Shown here: piece by piece, positions 39,284-47,472 of the stretch
How positions within the stretch are numbered: the stretch's first letter is position 1
Layout: every line of letters starts with the position of its first letter
From: an uncultured Bacilli bacterium
Lineage (GTDB): Bacteria > Bacillota_I > Bacilli_A > RF39 > UBA660
Direction: 5' to 3'
Length of the DNA stretch: 64,000 nucleotides
NCBI GenBank assembly: GCA_944350315.1
Contig: CALVON010000022.1
Location: forward strand, 9,281-73,280
Notes under the pieces: generated by a model
The model's input: the letters and a program-made list of their open reading frames with translations, nothing else
Told to the model about the DNA's origin: nothing
Database searches by the model: none
Made by a program: the position numbers and the translations under genes

Positions 39284-40200
39284 TATTTTACCTTCTTTCT
39301 CTCTACTAAAATATTTTGAATTATGGTAAATATATTTGATGTTATCCAATAAATTCCAACAGCGGATGATATAGTGAATGAGCTGTATGTAATTATTGCT
39401 ATCATAAAATATAGCATATATTTCATATTAATTCCTTGATTAGGATTTATTGTCTGATCTTTTAATGTTTTTTTGAAAGAAACTAAAGTTGCTAAAAAGA
39501 TTAATAAAACTAAAAGTATATATACATATTCTCCATTCATAATTCCAACCCATGGAGTTTTTCCTAAATTGAAGAAAAAGAGATTATCTTCAAATATGGC
39601 AGGAGTTCTATTTATTGCTTCATAAAATGCTATTAATAAAGGAATTTGAATAAATGCTAGAAGGCAACCTGAAATAGGGTTTATTTTATATTTTTGATAT
39701 ATTAACAACATTTCTTGTGCTTTTCTATTTTGATCTTCTGGTGTTGTTTTATTTGCATATTTTTTTTCTAATTTAGCTAATTCTGGTTGAGCTTTTTTTA
39801 TAAGCTCTGATTGCATGGCTGTTTTTTTAGTAAATGGGTATAGTAATAATCTTATTATTAAACATGTTACTACTATTGATAGGCCATAATTATTTAAAAT
39901 ATTTCCTATTTTTATTATTACCCATGCTAATGGTTTTACAAATAAACTTGTCCACAATCCTTCATAATTTGAAAGAGGAGTGAATTCATTACAAGTTGGT
40001 AATTTATCAATATCTATATTATATTTTTCATATAATTCTATTGTTGAAGATTCTGTTGGTTGACAGATAATATTTTCTGTTAATACTTGTCCTGTTTCTT
40101 CATTATGAACTATTTTTTTACCATCTTTTAGAGTTTTGGTACATCCGGTTAAAAGAAATAAAATAAGGATAACTAAAATTATTTTTTTGTTTTTTTTCAT
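39283..40200 (-). CDS. yidC: Membrane protein insertase YidC/SpoIIIJ (lipoprotein type)
   Basis: Lipobox LLTGC. Conserved YidC core (PLAWVI..., KYKINPISGCLLAFIQIPLLIAFY). Confidence 0.9.
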   Translation of the reverse strand: MKKNKKIILVILILFLLTGCTKTLKDGKKIVHNEETGQVLTENIICQPTESSTIELYEKYNIDIDKLPTCNEFTPLSNYEGLWTSLFVKPLAWVIIKIGNILNNYGLSIVVTCLIIRLLLYPFTKKTAMQSELIKKAQPELAKLEKKYANKTTPEDQNRKAQEMLLIYQKYKINPISGCLLAFIQIPLLIAFYEAINRTPAIFEDNLFFFNLGKTPWVGIMNGEYVYILLVLLIFLATLVSFKKTLKDQTINPNQGINMKYMLYFMIAIITYSSFTISSAVGIYWITSNIFTIIQNILVERKKVK

Positions 40201-40524
40201 TTAATTTCTCACTTTCTTAATTAATTGTAGTAATTCTTCTTTTAATGAATTATATTCTAGATTTTTTGCAGCTTCTTTTATTATTATAACATAACTATTG
40301 CCTTTTTGTATATTAAATTTATTGGTCATAATAATATTTTTTAGTTGGCGTTTTATTTTATTTCTTTGATATGCTTTTCCTATTTTTTTTGGTACTGTTA
40401 TACCAAATAAAGTTTTTTCCGTCTTTTGATAATATATAGAAAAATAGATGTTTTTAACACTTTTCTTTTTACTTATAATTTCACTGAATGTTTTACTATC
40501 TTTTATTATGTTTTCTTTATTCAT
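40201..40524 (-). CDS. rnpA: Ribonuclease P protein component
   Basis: 107-aa basic protein with an RNR-like motif (AYQRNKIKRQLK) between rpmH and yidC. Confidence 0.9.
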   Translation of the reverse strand: MNKENIIKDSKTFSEIISKKKSVKNIYFSIYYQKTEKTLFGITVPKKIGKAYQRNKIKRQLKNIIMTNKFNIQKGNSYVIIIKEAAKNLEYNSLKEELLQLIKKVRN

Positions 40525-40573
40525 ATATTTATCATCCTTTATTCATAATAAACAAAAAACCACTTGTAGTGGC

Positions 40574-40696
40574 TTATGCGCAAAGTTTTTTTCTTTTTTT
40601 TGCTCTTCTTTTATTTAATACATTTCCTTTTATTCTAGCAAAAAATCCGTGTTTTTTTGCTTTTTTTCTTTTATTTGGTTGATAAGTTCTTTTCAT
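40574..40696 (-). CDS. rpmH: 50S ribosomal protein L34
   Basis: Not in the ORF track (40 aa). Manual translation gives MKRTYQPNKRKKAKKHGFFARIKGNVLNKRRAKKRKKLCA. RBS GGAGGTG upstream. The track ORF 40488-40682(+) is its antisense artefact. Confidence 0.9.
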   Translation of the reverse strand: MKRTYQPNKRKKAKKHGFFARIKGNVLNKRRAKKRKKLCA

Positions 40697-40838
40697 ATAT
40701 AACACCTCCAAGTTAAAATCTTCTTTATTATATAGAACTTAATAAATTATGTCAACAACTTTTTTATTTTTTTTCTTTTTTTCTTTTATTTTACATTTTT
40801 TTTTGTTATAATCTTTATAAGAGAATAGAGGGATAATT

Positions 40839-42599
40839 ATGTTTGAGAAAATTTTATCAATTACAAAAAATTATGCTATTGTTAAAATTATAAATAATAT
40901 TAATGATGACATATTAAATTATAATGTTATTCTTGAAGATAATTATAAAAAAATTTTAGGTGAAATTGATGAGATTATTAACGATGAAGTAAAAATTTCA
41001 TTTTTAGGTGAATTTATTAATGATAGATTTTATAGTGGAATAATTAGAAGACCTTCTTTATCTTCTACAGTTAGAATTATTAACAAACAAGAATTAGGAG
41101 AATTAGTTGGTGATAATGATAGTAGAACTATGATTCTTGGTCTTAGTCCTTTGTATAATAATTATCCAATAAAGATAAATATTAATGAAATGTTTAGTAA
41201 TCATATCGCTATTTTTGGAAATACAGGTTCAGGTAAGACTTGCGGTGTAGCAAGAATTATTCAAAATTTATTTAATATGAAAGATAAAGTTCCTTTTAAT
41301 GGAAATATATTTATATTTAATAATACTTCTGAATATGATTCCGCTTTTAGAGAAATTAATAAAATTAATAGTAATTTTAATTATAAATTGTATACAACCG
41401 ATAAAAGTAATTCTGATGGTGAAGAGATAAAGATTCCTTTATGGATTATGAGTGCTGATGATTATGCTAATTTATTAGATGTTACTGAATTTTTTCAAAT
41501 TAACATAATTGAAAAAATGTTAAGTATTGTTTCTATTTTTGCTAGAAATGATGAATATGCTAATAAATATAAAAATCATTTAATTGCTAAGGCAATAATT
41601 TCCGTTTTATATTCCAATCAGGTTCCTGCAAAAATAAGGGATCAAATTTTTAACATTTTACAAGACTGTTATACGAATGAAATTAATTTAGATGCTGAGG
41701 TTCCAGGAATAGGATATACTAGAGAATTTAGAAAATGTTTTGACATAGATAATAATGGTGATTTTGTAGAGAGAATATTAGTTACTAAATATATTCAAAG
41801 TTTTATTGTTAAAAATGAAAATTGGAATGAAGATTATGTTCCTATTTATTTTAATTTAGATCAATTAGAAAGTGCTTTGAATTTTACTCTAATCAGTGAA
41901 GGATTATTATTAAACGAAAAGTCTTATAGTGAAGCAATCGCTTTAAAAGTTAAATTACACTCTATAAACAATAGTTCAAATAAAAGATTTTTTGAAGTTA
42001 ATAATTTTATTTCGACTGAACAATTTATTAATTCTTTATTAACTACTAAAAATAATGGTAGGGCTCAAATTATAAATTTTGTTTTAGAGGATATTGATGA
42101 TCGTTTTGCAAAATCTTTGGTAAAAATATTATCAAGAATATTATTCAATTTTGTAAAAAAAATACAACCTAGAGGTGCTTTTCCAATTAATATTATGCTA
42201 GAAGAAGCACACAGATATGTTCAAAAAGATAGAGATACAGATATTTTAGGATATAATATTTTTGATAGAATTGCTAAAGAAGGAAGAAAATTTGGGGTAA
42301 TTATGAGTCTGATTTCTCAAAGACCTACAGAATTATCAGAAGTTGTTTTATCTCAATGTTCTAATTTTATTATTTTTAAATTAAATCATCCTAGTGATTT
42401 AGAATATATAAAGAAGATGGTACCAAATATTAGTTCTGATGTTATTGAAAAACAAAAATCCTTACAATCTGGAACTTGCGTTGTTTTTGGTAGAATAATG
42501 AGAATACCAATGATTGTTAAAATGCAAATGCCTAATCCAGAACCTCAAAGTTCAAATGCTTCTATATATGATAAATGGATGGTAGAACAAAAATATTAA
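40839..42599 (+). CDS. HerA/DUF87-like P-loop ATPase (HAS-barrel + FtsK/HerA-type ATPase), orphan
   Basis: 586 aa. Walker A FGNTGSGKT, Walker B-like INIMLEEAHRYV, and SLISQRPTELSEVVLSQCSNFIIFKL typical of DUF87/HerA. Extended -10 TGTTATAAT lies about 30 nt upstream. No NurA, SIR2 or nuclease partner adjacent. Confidence 0.7.
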   Translation: MFEKILSITKNYAIVKIINNINDDILNYNVILEDNYKKILGEIDEIINDEVKISFLGEFINDRFYSGIIRRPSLSSTVRIINKQELGELVGDNDSRTMILGLSPLYNNYPIKININEMFSNHIAIFGNTGSGKTCGVARIIQNLFNMKDKVPFNGNIFIFNNTSEYDSAFREINKINSNFNYKLYTTDKSNSDGEEIKIPLWIMSADDYANLLDVTEFFQINIIEKMLSIVSIFARNDEYANKYKNHLIAKAIISVLYSNQVPAKIRDQIFNILQDCYTNEINLDAEVPGIGYTREFRKCFDIDNNGDFVERILVTKYIQSFIVKNENWNEDYVPIYFNLDQLESALNFTLISEGLLLNEKSYSEAIALKVKLHSINNSSNKRFFEVNNFISTEQFINSLLTTKNNGRAQIINFVLEDIDDRFAKSLVKILSRILFNFVKKIQPRGAFPINIMLEEAHRYVQKDRDTDILGYNIFDRIAKEGRKFGVIMSLISQRPTELSEVVLSQCSNFIIFKLNHPSDLEYIKKMVPNISSDVIEKQKSLQSGTCVVFGRIMRIPMIVKMQMPNPEPQSSNASIYDKWMVEQKY

Positions 42600-42610
42600 T
42601 AACTTTTAAA

Positions 42611-42626
42611 TATTTCCCGGGAAATA
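42611..42626. promoter_or_regulatory. Perfect Noc-binding-site (NBS)-type palindrome TATTTCCCGGGAAATA
   Basis: 16-bp perfect palindrome identical to the published NBS consensus (ATTTCCCGGGAAAT core). The only CCCGGG in the 64 kb that I could find. Followed by a GGGAAAT half-site repeat and T6, so it may also act as the terminator of the herA-like gene. Confidence 0.6.
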
Positions 42627-42646
42627 ATTTGGGAAATATTTTTTAT

Positions 42647-42875
42647 TTATCAACAAAACTTGTTTGTTTTTTTTACTTATCAACAAGCACTGTTGATTTT
42701 TTTTATTCTATCAACAGGCATTGTTTATAACTTTTAATTACTTTTTCAACAAATTCTTATTTATCAACATGTTATGACACTTGTTGATAATTTTTTCAAC
42801 AAAAATAAAATTATATATAAATTTGTTGAAAACTCTTTTAATTACTTTATTTATATGGTATTATATTGTTGAAAA
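42647..42875. promoter_or_regulatory. oriC part 1: DnaA-box cluster upstream of dnaA
   Basis: Perfect TTATCAACA at 42647, 42677 and 42761 (+) and 42782 (-, TGTTGATAA). One-mismatch boxes at 42708, 42743 and 42793 (+) and 42824 and 42867 (-). Confidence 0.85.
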
Positions 42876-42979
42876 CTTGTTCATAACATGTTAATAACCT
42901 GTTTAAATAAAAAAAAATAATAGACAAATAAATTTTATATGTTAAAATAAAGTTGATGCTTGTAAGTGAGGTACTGTTT

Positions 42980-44341
42980 ATGAGTAATAAAGAACTGTGG
43001 GAAAAATTTTTAGAAAATATAAAAAATGAAATAACAAATGTTTCTTTTGATACATGGTTTAATGAAGAAGATACTAGGTTATATTCTTATGAAAATGATA
43101 TTGTAACAATTGTAGTTAGTCAGGAACTAATAAAGAAACATTTAGAAAATCATTATTTAGATATTATGACTGATGGAATGTCAAAAGTAACTAATTCTAA
43201 TGTCACTTTTAATATTATATTGGAAAGTGATATTGATAATTTTAAAAAAAAGCAAATAGATATTTCTTCTAATGATAAATTAGAGAAGCAATCTTCAATG
43301 AATGCTAATCTTAATCCTAATTATACTTTTGAATCTTTTATTGTTGGTAATAGCAATAAATTTGCTTATAAGGCTTCTAGAGTTATTGCTGAAGAACCAG
43401 GATCATATAATCCATTATTTTTATATGGTGAAAGTGGTGTTGGAAAAACACATTTAATGCATGCTATTGGAAATTATTTAATTGAAAATACCGATAAAAA
43501 AGTTCTTTATATTACTAGTGATAAGTTTGTTGATGAATATACAAGAATATTTAGATATAGTGATAAAAATAGTTTTGATAAAATAGATGCTTTTAAAGAC
43601 AAATATAGAAATATTGATGTTTTAATTATTGATGATATTCAATTTTTAAGTAATGCTCCAAAAGGTCAAGAAGAATTTTTCCATACTTTTAATGAACTTT
43701 ATAATTCTAATAAGCAAATCATTATTGCATCTGACAGATCTGTTGATGATTTAAATTCATTAGAAAATAGACTTTTAACAAGATTTAATTGGGGTCTTAC
43801 TGCAAACATTACAACTCCTGATTACGATTTAAGAGTTAGTATTATAAAAAATAAATTAGCTTTTAAAGAAGCTGTTAGTGATATACCTGATGATGTAATT
43901 GAATATATTGCTAATAATTTTGATTCTGACATTAGAAAACTTGAAGGAGCAATTACTAGAGTGTTAGCTTATTCTTCAATGTTTAGTAAAGGAAAAATTA
44001 CTTTAGATATTGCTGTTGAAGCACTAAAAGATCAATTAAAAGATCGAAGCTTTTATAAAAATGATGTTCAAAGAATTCAGAGAGTTGTTTGTGATTATTA
44101 TAAAATTAGTATTGAACAAATGAAAGGAAAAAATAGAAACAATTCTGTTAATTTTCCTAGACAAATAGCAATTTATTTATGTAGAGAATTGACAGATGAG
44201 TCTTTTCCTAAAATTGGATCTTATTTTGGTGGAAGAAATCATTCTACTATTATTAGTGCTGATCAAAAAATTAGAAAAGAACTAATTAATAATAATGATT
44301 TAAAAGAAGTTATTAAAGATTTAAAAAGGAGTTTGTCGTAA
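42980..44341 (+). CDS. dnaA: Chromosomal replication initiator protein DnaA
   Basis: AAA+ Walker A GESGVGKTHL, Walker B LIIDDIQF, and C-terminal DnaA-box-binding domain (FPRQIAIYLCRELT...GGRNHSTI). Start at the ATG after GTGAGG. Confidence 0.95.
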   Translation: MSNKELWEKFLENIKNEITNVSFDTWFNEEDTRLYSYENDIVTIVVSQELIKKHLENHYLDIMTDGMSKVTNSNVTFNIILESDIDNFKKKQIDISSNDKLEKQSSMNANLNPNYTFESFIVGNSNKFAYKASRVIAEEPGSYNPLFLYGESGVGKTHLMHAIGNYLIENTDKKVLYITSDKFVDEYTRIFRYSDKNSFDKIDAFKDKYRNIDVLIIDDIQFLSNAPKGQEEFFHTFNELYNSNKQIIIASDRSVDDLNSLENRLLTRFNWGLTANITTPDYDLRVSIIKNKLAFKEAVSDIPDDVIEYIANNFDSDIRKLEGAITRVLAYSSMFSKGKITLDIAVEALKDQLKDRSFYKNDVQRIQRVVCDYYKISIEQMKGKNRNNSVNFPRQIAIYLCRELTDESFPKIGSYFGGRNHSTIISADQKIRKELINNNDLKEVIKDLKRSLS

Positions 44342-44370
44342 AATGTCGATACTTGTCTATTATTTATAGT

Positions 44371-44462
44371 TTATCAACAGAGAATGTTGATATTTAAGAC
44401 CTTTATATATATGTATTTATATAAGTTATCAACAGTTTCAACAACTATAATAATAGTAATAA
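44371..44462. promoter_or_regulatory. oriC part 2: DnaA boxes plus DnaA-trio-like repeats in the dnaA-dnaN spacer
   Basis: TTATCAACA at 44371 and 44426, TGTTGATAT at 44385 (-), GTTTCAACA at 44435. These are followed by TAA-TAA-TAG-TAA-TAA (44448-44462) and AT-rich DNA. Confidence 0.7.
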
Positions 44463-44488
44463 TTTATTAAAAGAAAGAAGGAAAAAAT

Positions 44489-45604
44489 ATGAAATTTATA
44501 ATTAAAAAAAATGTATTATTAGAAAATTTGTTAAATACATCAAAAGCAATCTCTAGTAAAAATTTAATTCCTATATTAACGGGAATTAAATTTGACTTAA
44601 ATGAAAATGGATTATATTTATCTGCAAGTGATTCTGATATATCAATTAGAACTTTTATTGATAAAAGTAAAATTTCTGAAATTATTCAAATTGGAAGTGT
44701 TGTTATTAGTGGAAAATATATTGTTGAAATTATTAGAAAACTACCTGATACTGATATTACAATAGAAGTAGTAGATGGATATAATATGATAATTCAGACT
44801 GAAGGTTCAGAATTTAATTTAAATGGAATTGATCCTAACGAATTTCCAAATTTAGATTTAGAAGAAACGAAAAATCCTATTATTTTAAATCCTATTACTT
44901 TTAAAAATATTATAAATCAAACTTTTTTTGCGACATCTTTATCAGAAACAAGACCTTTATTAACAGGAATTAATTTTAAACTTGTAAATAATTTACTTGA
45001 AGTAATTGCTACTGATAGTTATAGATTAGCTAAAAAATGTATTAATTTAAAAGAAAGTTATGAAAATGATTTTAATTTAGTAATTCCTGGAAAAAATTTA
45101 TTAGAATTATCTAGAATTTTAGATGATGATGAGGAAAATATATATTTGCATATTTTTAATAATAAAGTTTTATTTAAATACAAGAATATAATATTTTTAT
45201 CTAGATTAATTAGTGGTACTTATCCTGTTTCTTCAAATATAATACCTGATAATTTTAAAATTGATATGGAATGTAGTTATGCTGATTTATATGATATGAT
45301 TGATAGAGCATCTTTATTAACTTCTGATAAAGATAAAAATACAATAAAATTAGTATTAAAAAATGGAGAATTAATTATTTCTTCAAATTCTCCAGAAATA
45401 GGAAAAGTAGAAGAAAAAATTAAAATTAATAATGATTCAGAAATATCAATATCTTTTAGTTCTAAATATATGTTAGAGGCAATTAAAAGTTTTAATACTG
45501 AAAAAATTCATCTTTTGATGAATAATGATAGTTCTCCTATTATTGTAAAAAGTGATAAAGAAACTTCATTAGTTCAATTGGTATTGCCAATTAAAACTTA
45601 TTAA
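44489..45604 (+). CDS. dnaN: DNA polymerase III beta sliding clamp
   Basis: 371-aa ORF after dnaA with DnaN-like sequence throughout (e.g. ATDSYRLA, LVLPIKTY end). Confidence 0.95.
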   Translation: MKFIIKKNVLLENLLNTSKAISSKNLIPILTGIKFDLNENGLYLSASDSDISIRTFIDKSKISEIIQIGSVVISGKYIVEIIRKLPDTDITIEVVDGYNMIIQTEGSEFNLNGIDPNEFPNLDLEETKNPIILNPITFKNIINQTFFATSLSETRPLLTGINFKLVNNLLEVIATDSYRLAKKCINLKESYENDFNLVIPGKNLLELSRILDDDEENIYLHIFNNKVLFKYKNIIFLSRLISGTYPVSSNIIPDNFKIDMECSYADLYDMIDRASLLTSDKDKNTIKLVLKNGELIISSNSPEIGKVEEKIKINNDSEISISFSSKYMLEAIKSFNTEKIHLLMNNDSSPIIVKSDKETSLVQLVLPIKTY

Positions 45605-45621
45605 TAATAAAAAAATTATTT

Positions 45622-45656
45622 AAATCCTAATTGAGTCTTATACTTGATTAGGATTT
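45622..45656 (+). terminator. Terminator after dnaN
   Basis: 10-bp stem AAATCCTAAT/ATTAGGATTT with a 15-nt loop, followed by TTTATA. Confidence 0.55.
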
Positions 45657-45778
45657 TATAATTTTGTTTTATATAATTTTAAAATTTTATTAATTATAAT
45701 TTAATATATATTTTTTTGACAAAATTCGTCAAAATTCGATTTTTTATTATGTTTTAATAAAAGGTTAAGGAGGGGGAT

Positions 45779-46228
45779 ATGTGCGAAATTGATTTATCAA
45801 CAGTTATGTTGATAGGAATTGATGATTATAATACTAAAATTATTAGTTATGAAAAAGAAGAAGTAATTAATAAAAATTCAAAAGAATTAATTAATTTATC
45901 ATGTAAATTTTTTGGTAGTAGTTTAAATGATAAGATTAGTGTAACAAAAAGATTAATAAATATTTCTTCAAAATCGCCAATTATTATAGAGGAATCTAGA
46001 AATATTATTTTTTTTCCATTAAAATCAACTAGAGAAAAAAATAATATATGGATATCTTTTAATAATTTAGAAAAGTATGAGAAAAATAATGATAATACAA
46101 TTTTATATTTTAAATGTGGAAAAATAGTTAAATTAAATTTTTCTTACTACATAATAGATAACCAAGTAACTAGAAGCTTAATTTTAGATTATGAATTGAA
46201 TAAAAGAAAAAAAAGTTTAGAAAAATAG
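45779..46228 (+). CDS. comK: ComK-family competence transcription factor (short form, 149 aa)
   Basis: By-eye alignment to B. subtilis ComK: SCKFFGSS vs SCRFFGSS, SKSPIIIEESRNIIFFPLKS vs SHKPPIMVDPSNQIFLFPTLS, NIWISF vs GWISH, IIDNQVTRS vs FENQVYRT. RBS AAGGAGGGGG. Confidence 0.75.
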   Translation: MCEIDLSTVMLIGIDDYNTKIISYEKEEVINKNSKELINLSCKFFGSSLNDKISVTKRLINISSKSPIIIEESRNIIFFPLKSTREKNNIWISFNNLEKYEKNNDNTILYFKCGKIVKLNFSYYIIDNQVTRSLILDYELNKRKKSLEK

Positions 46229-46329
46229 ACTTTTTTCTTTTATTTAATAAGGTTTTATGATATAATTTATATGTAATTATAAAATGATAATGTATATTTG
46301 TGAGCGTGATTTTAAATGATAAAAATATT

Positions 46330-47472
46330 ATGAAAATTAATTCCATTTTATTAAAAAATTTTAGAAATTATAATAATTTAAATATAAAGTTTAATAATAA
46401 TTTAAATATAATTATTGGTAATAACGCTCAAGGTAAAACAAATATTATTGAAGCAATTTATTTTTTATCAATTACAAAACCAATTATTTTATCTAATGAA
46501 AAAAATATTATTATGAAAAATAAAAATGTAGCATTTTTAAAAGCTAATATTTCTTATTTAAATTATGATAATAGCTTGGCGATTAATTTATCTACTAATA
46601 ATAAAAAATTATATATAAATAATAGAGAGATAAAGAAACATAGCGAATATATAGGAAAATTAAAAGTAGTTTTATTTACACCAGATAGTTTAAATATTAT
46701 TAAAGATTCTCCTAATATAAGAAGGAGATTTTTAAATATCGATATTAGTCAATTAAATGAGAAATATATTAATATTCTTAATGAGTTTAATGTTGTATTA
46801 AGGCAAAGAAATGAATATTTAAAGCATATTAAAAATGAAAAAGTTAGTTGTAATTTTGCTTATTTAGATGTGTTAAATGAAAAATTTATTAATTTATCAT
46901 TGACTATCTATGATTATCGAAAAAATTTTATACGCAACTTAAATTATTATATTAATAATATATTTTATGATATTTCTGGTTATAATAATTTAGTTTTAGA
47001 ATATAAAACAAATATTTCTTTTGCTGAGAATGAGGACAGGTATAATATATTTTTAGAAAAATTAGAAAAAAATTATCAAAGAGAAGTTTTTTATGGTACT
47101 ACTTTATATGGTCCTCATCGTGATGATTTTGATTTTGTTCTTTCAGATAATAATTTATTATTATATGGTTCACAAGGACAGAAAAAAATGGCGATATTAG
47201 CTTTAAAATTAGCAGAATTAAATGTTTTTAAAGATAATTGTGGAGAGTATCCAATTTTGTTATTGGATGATTTATTTAGTGAATTAGATATTGAAAAAAG
47301 AAATAAAATTATTAGTTATTTAAATCAAGACATTCAAACTATAATTACAATAACTGATTTAAATAATATTGATAAAAGTTTTATAGAAAATGCTAATTTA
47401 TATGAGATAAAAAATGGAACAATTGTTGGTTGTATTACAAATTATGGAAGGATTAGTGAGATAAATGAATAA
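46330..47472 (+). CDS. recF: DNA replication and repair protein RecF
   Basis: N-terminus LKNFRNY...[16 protein letters not shown] (Walker A), signature GSQGQKK, Walker B LLLDD. Start at the ATG at 46330. Confidence 0.9.
   Translation: MKINSILLKNFRNYNNLNIKFNNNLNIIIGNNAQGKTNIIEAIYFLSITKPIILSNEKNIIMKNKNVAFLKANISYLNYDNSLAINLSTNNKKLYINNREIKKHSEYIGKLKVVLFTPDSLNIIKDSPNIRRRFLNIDISQLNEKYINILNEFNVVLRQRNEYLKHIKNEKVSCNFAYLDVLNEKFINLSLTIYDYRKNFIRNLNYYINNIFYDISGYNNLVLEYKTNISFAENEDRYNIFLEKLEKNYQREVFYGTTLYGPHRDDFDFVLSDNNLLLYGSQGQKKMAILALKLAELNVFKDNCGEYPILLLDDLFSELDIEKRNKIISYLNQDIQTIITITDLNNIDKSFIENANLYEIKNGTIVGCITNYGRISEINE

Noticed and set aside
40488-40682. 64-aa + strand ORF between rnpA and the herA-like gene
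   Set aside because: It is antisense to the clear rpmH (L34) gene at 40574-40696 and to the 5' end of rnpA. Its poly-Phe/Leu product is an artefact.
42768-42891. 11-bp inverted repeat ACATGTTATGA ... TCATAACATGT about 100 bp apart in the dnaA upstream region
   Set aside because: It is a single pair of short AT-rich repeats within a region already dense with DnaA boxes. I cannot distinguish it from chance or assign a binding factor.
45716-45750. TTGACA plus tandem AAAATTCG repeats as a defined comK promoter or ComK box
   Set aside because: No acceptable -10 hexamer lies at 16-18 nt spacing. Only one AAAA-N5-TTTT AT-box is present, whereas a ComK box needs two. It is mentioned only as a hint within the comK finding.
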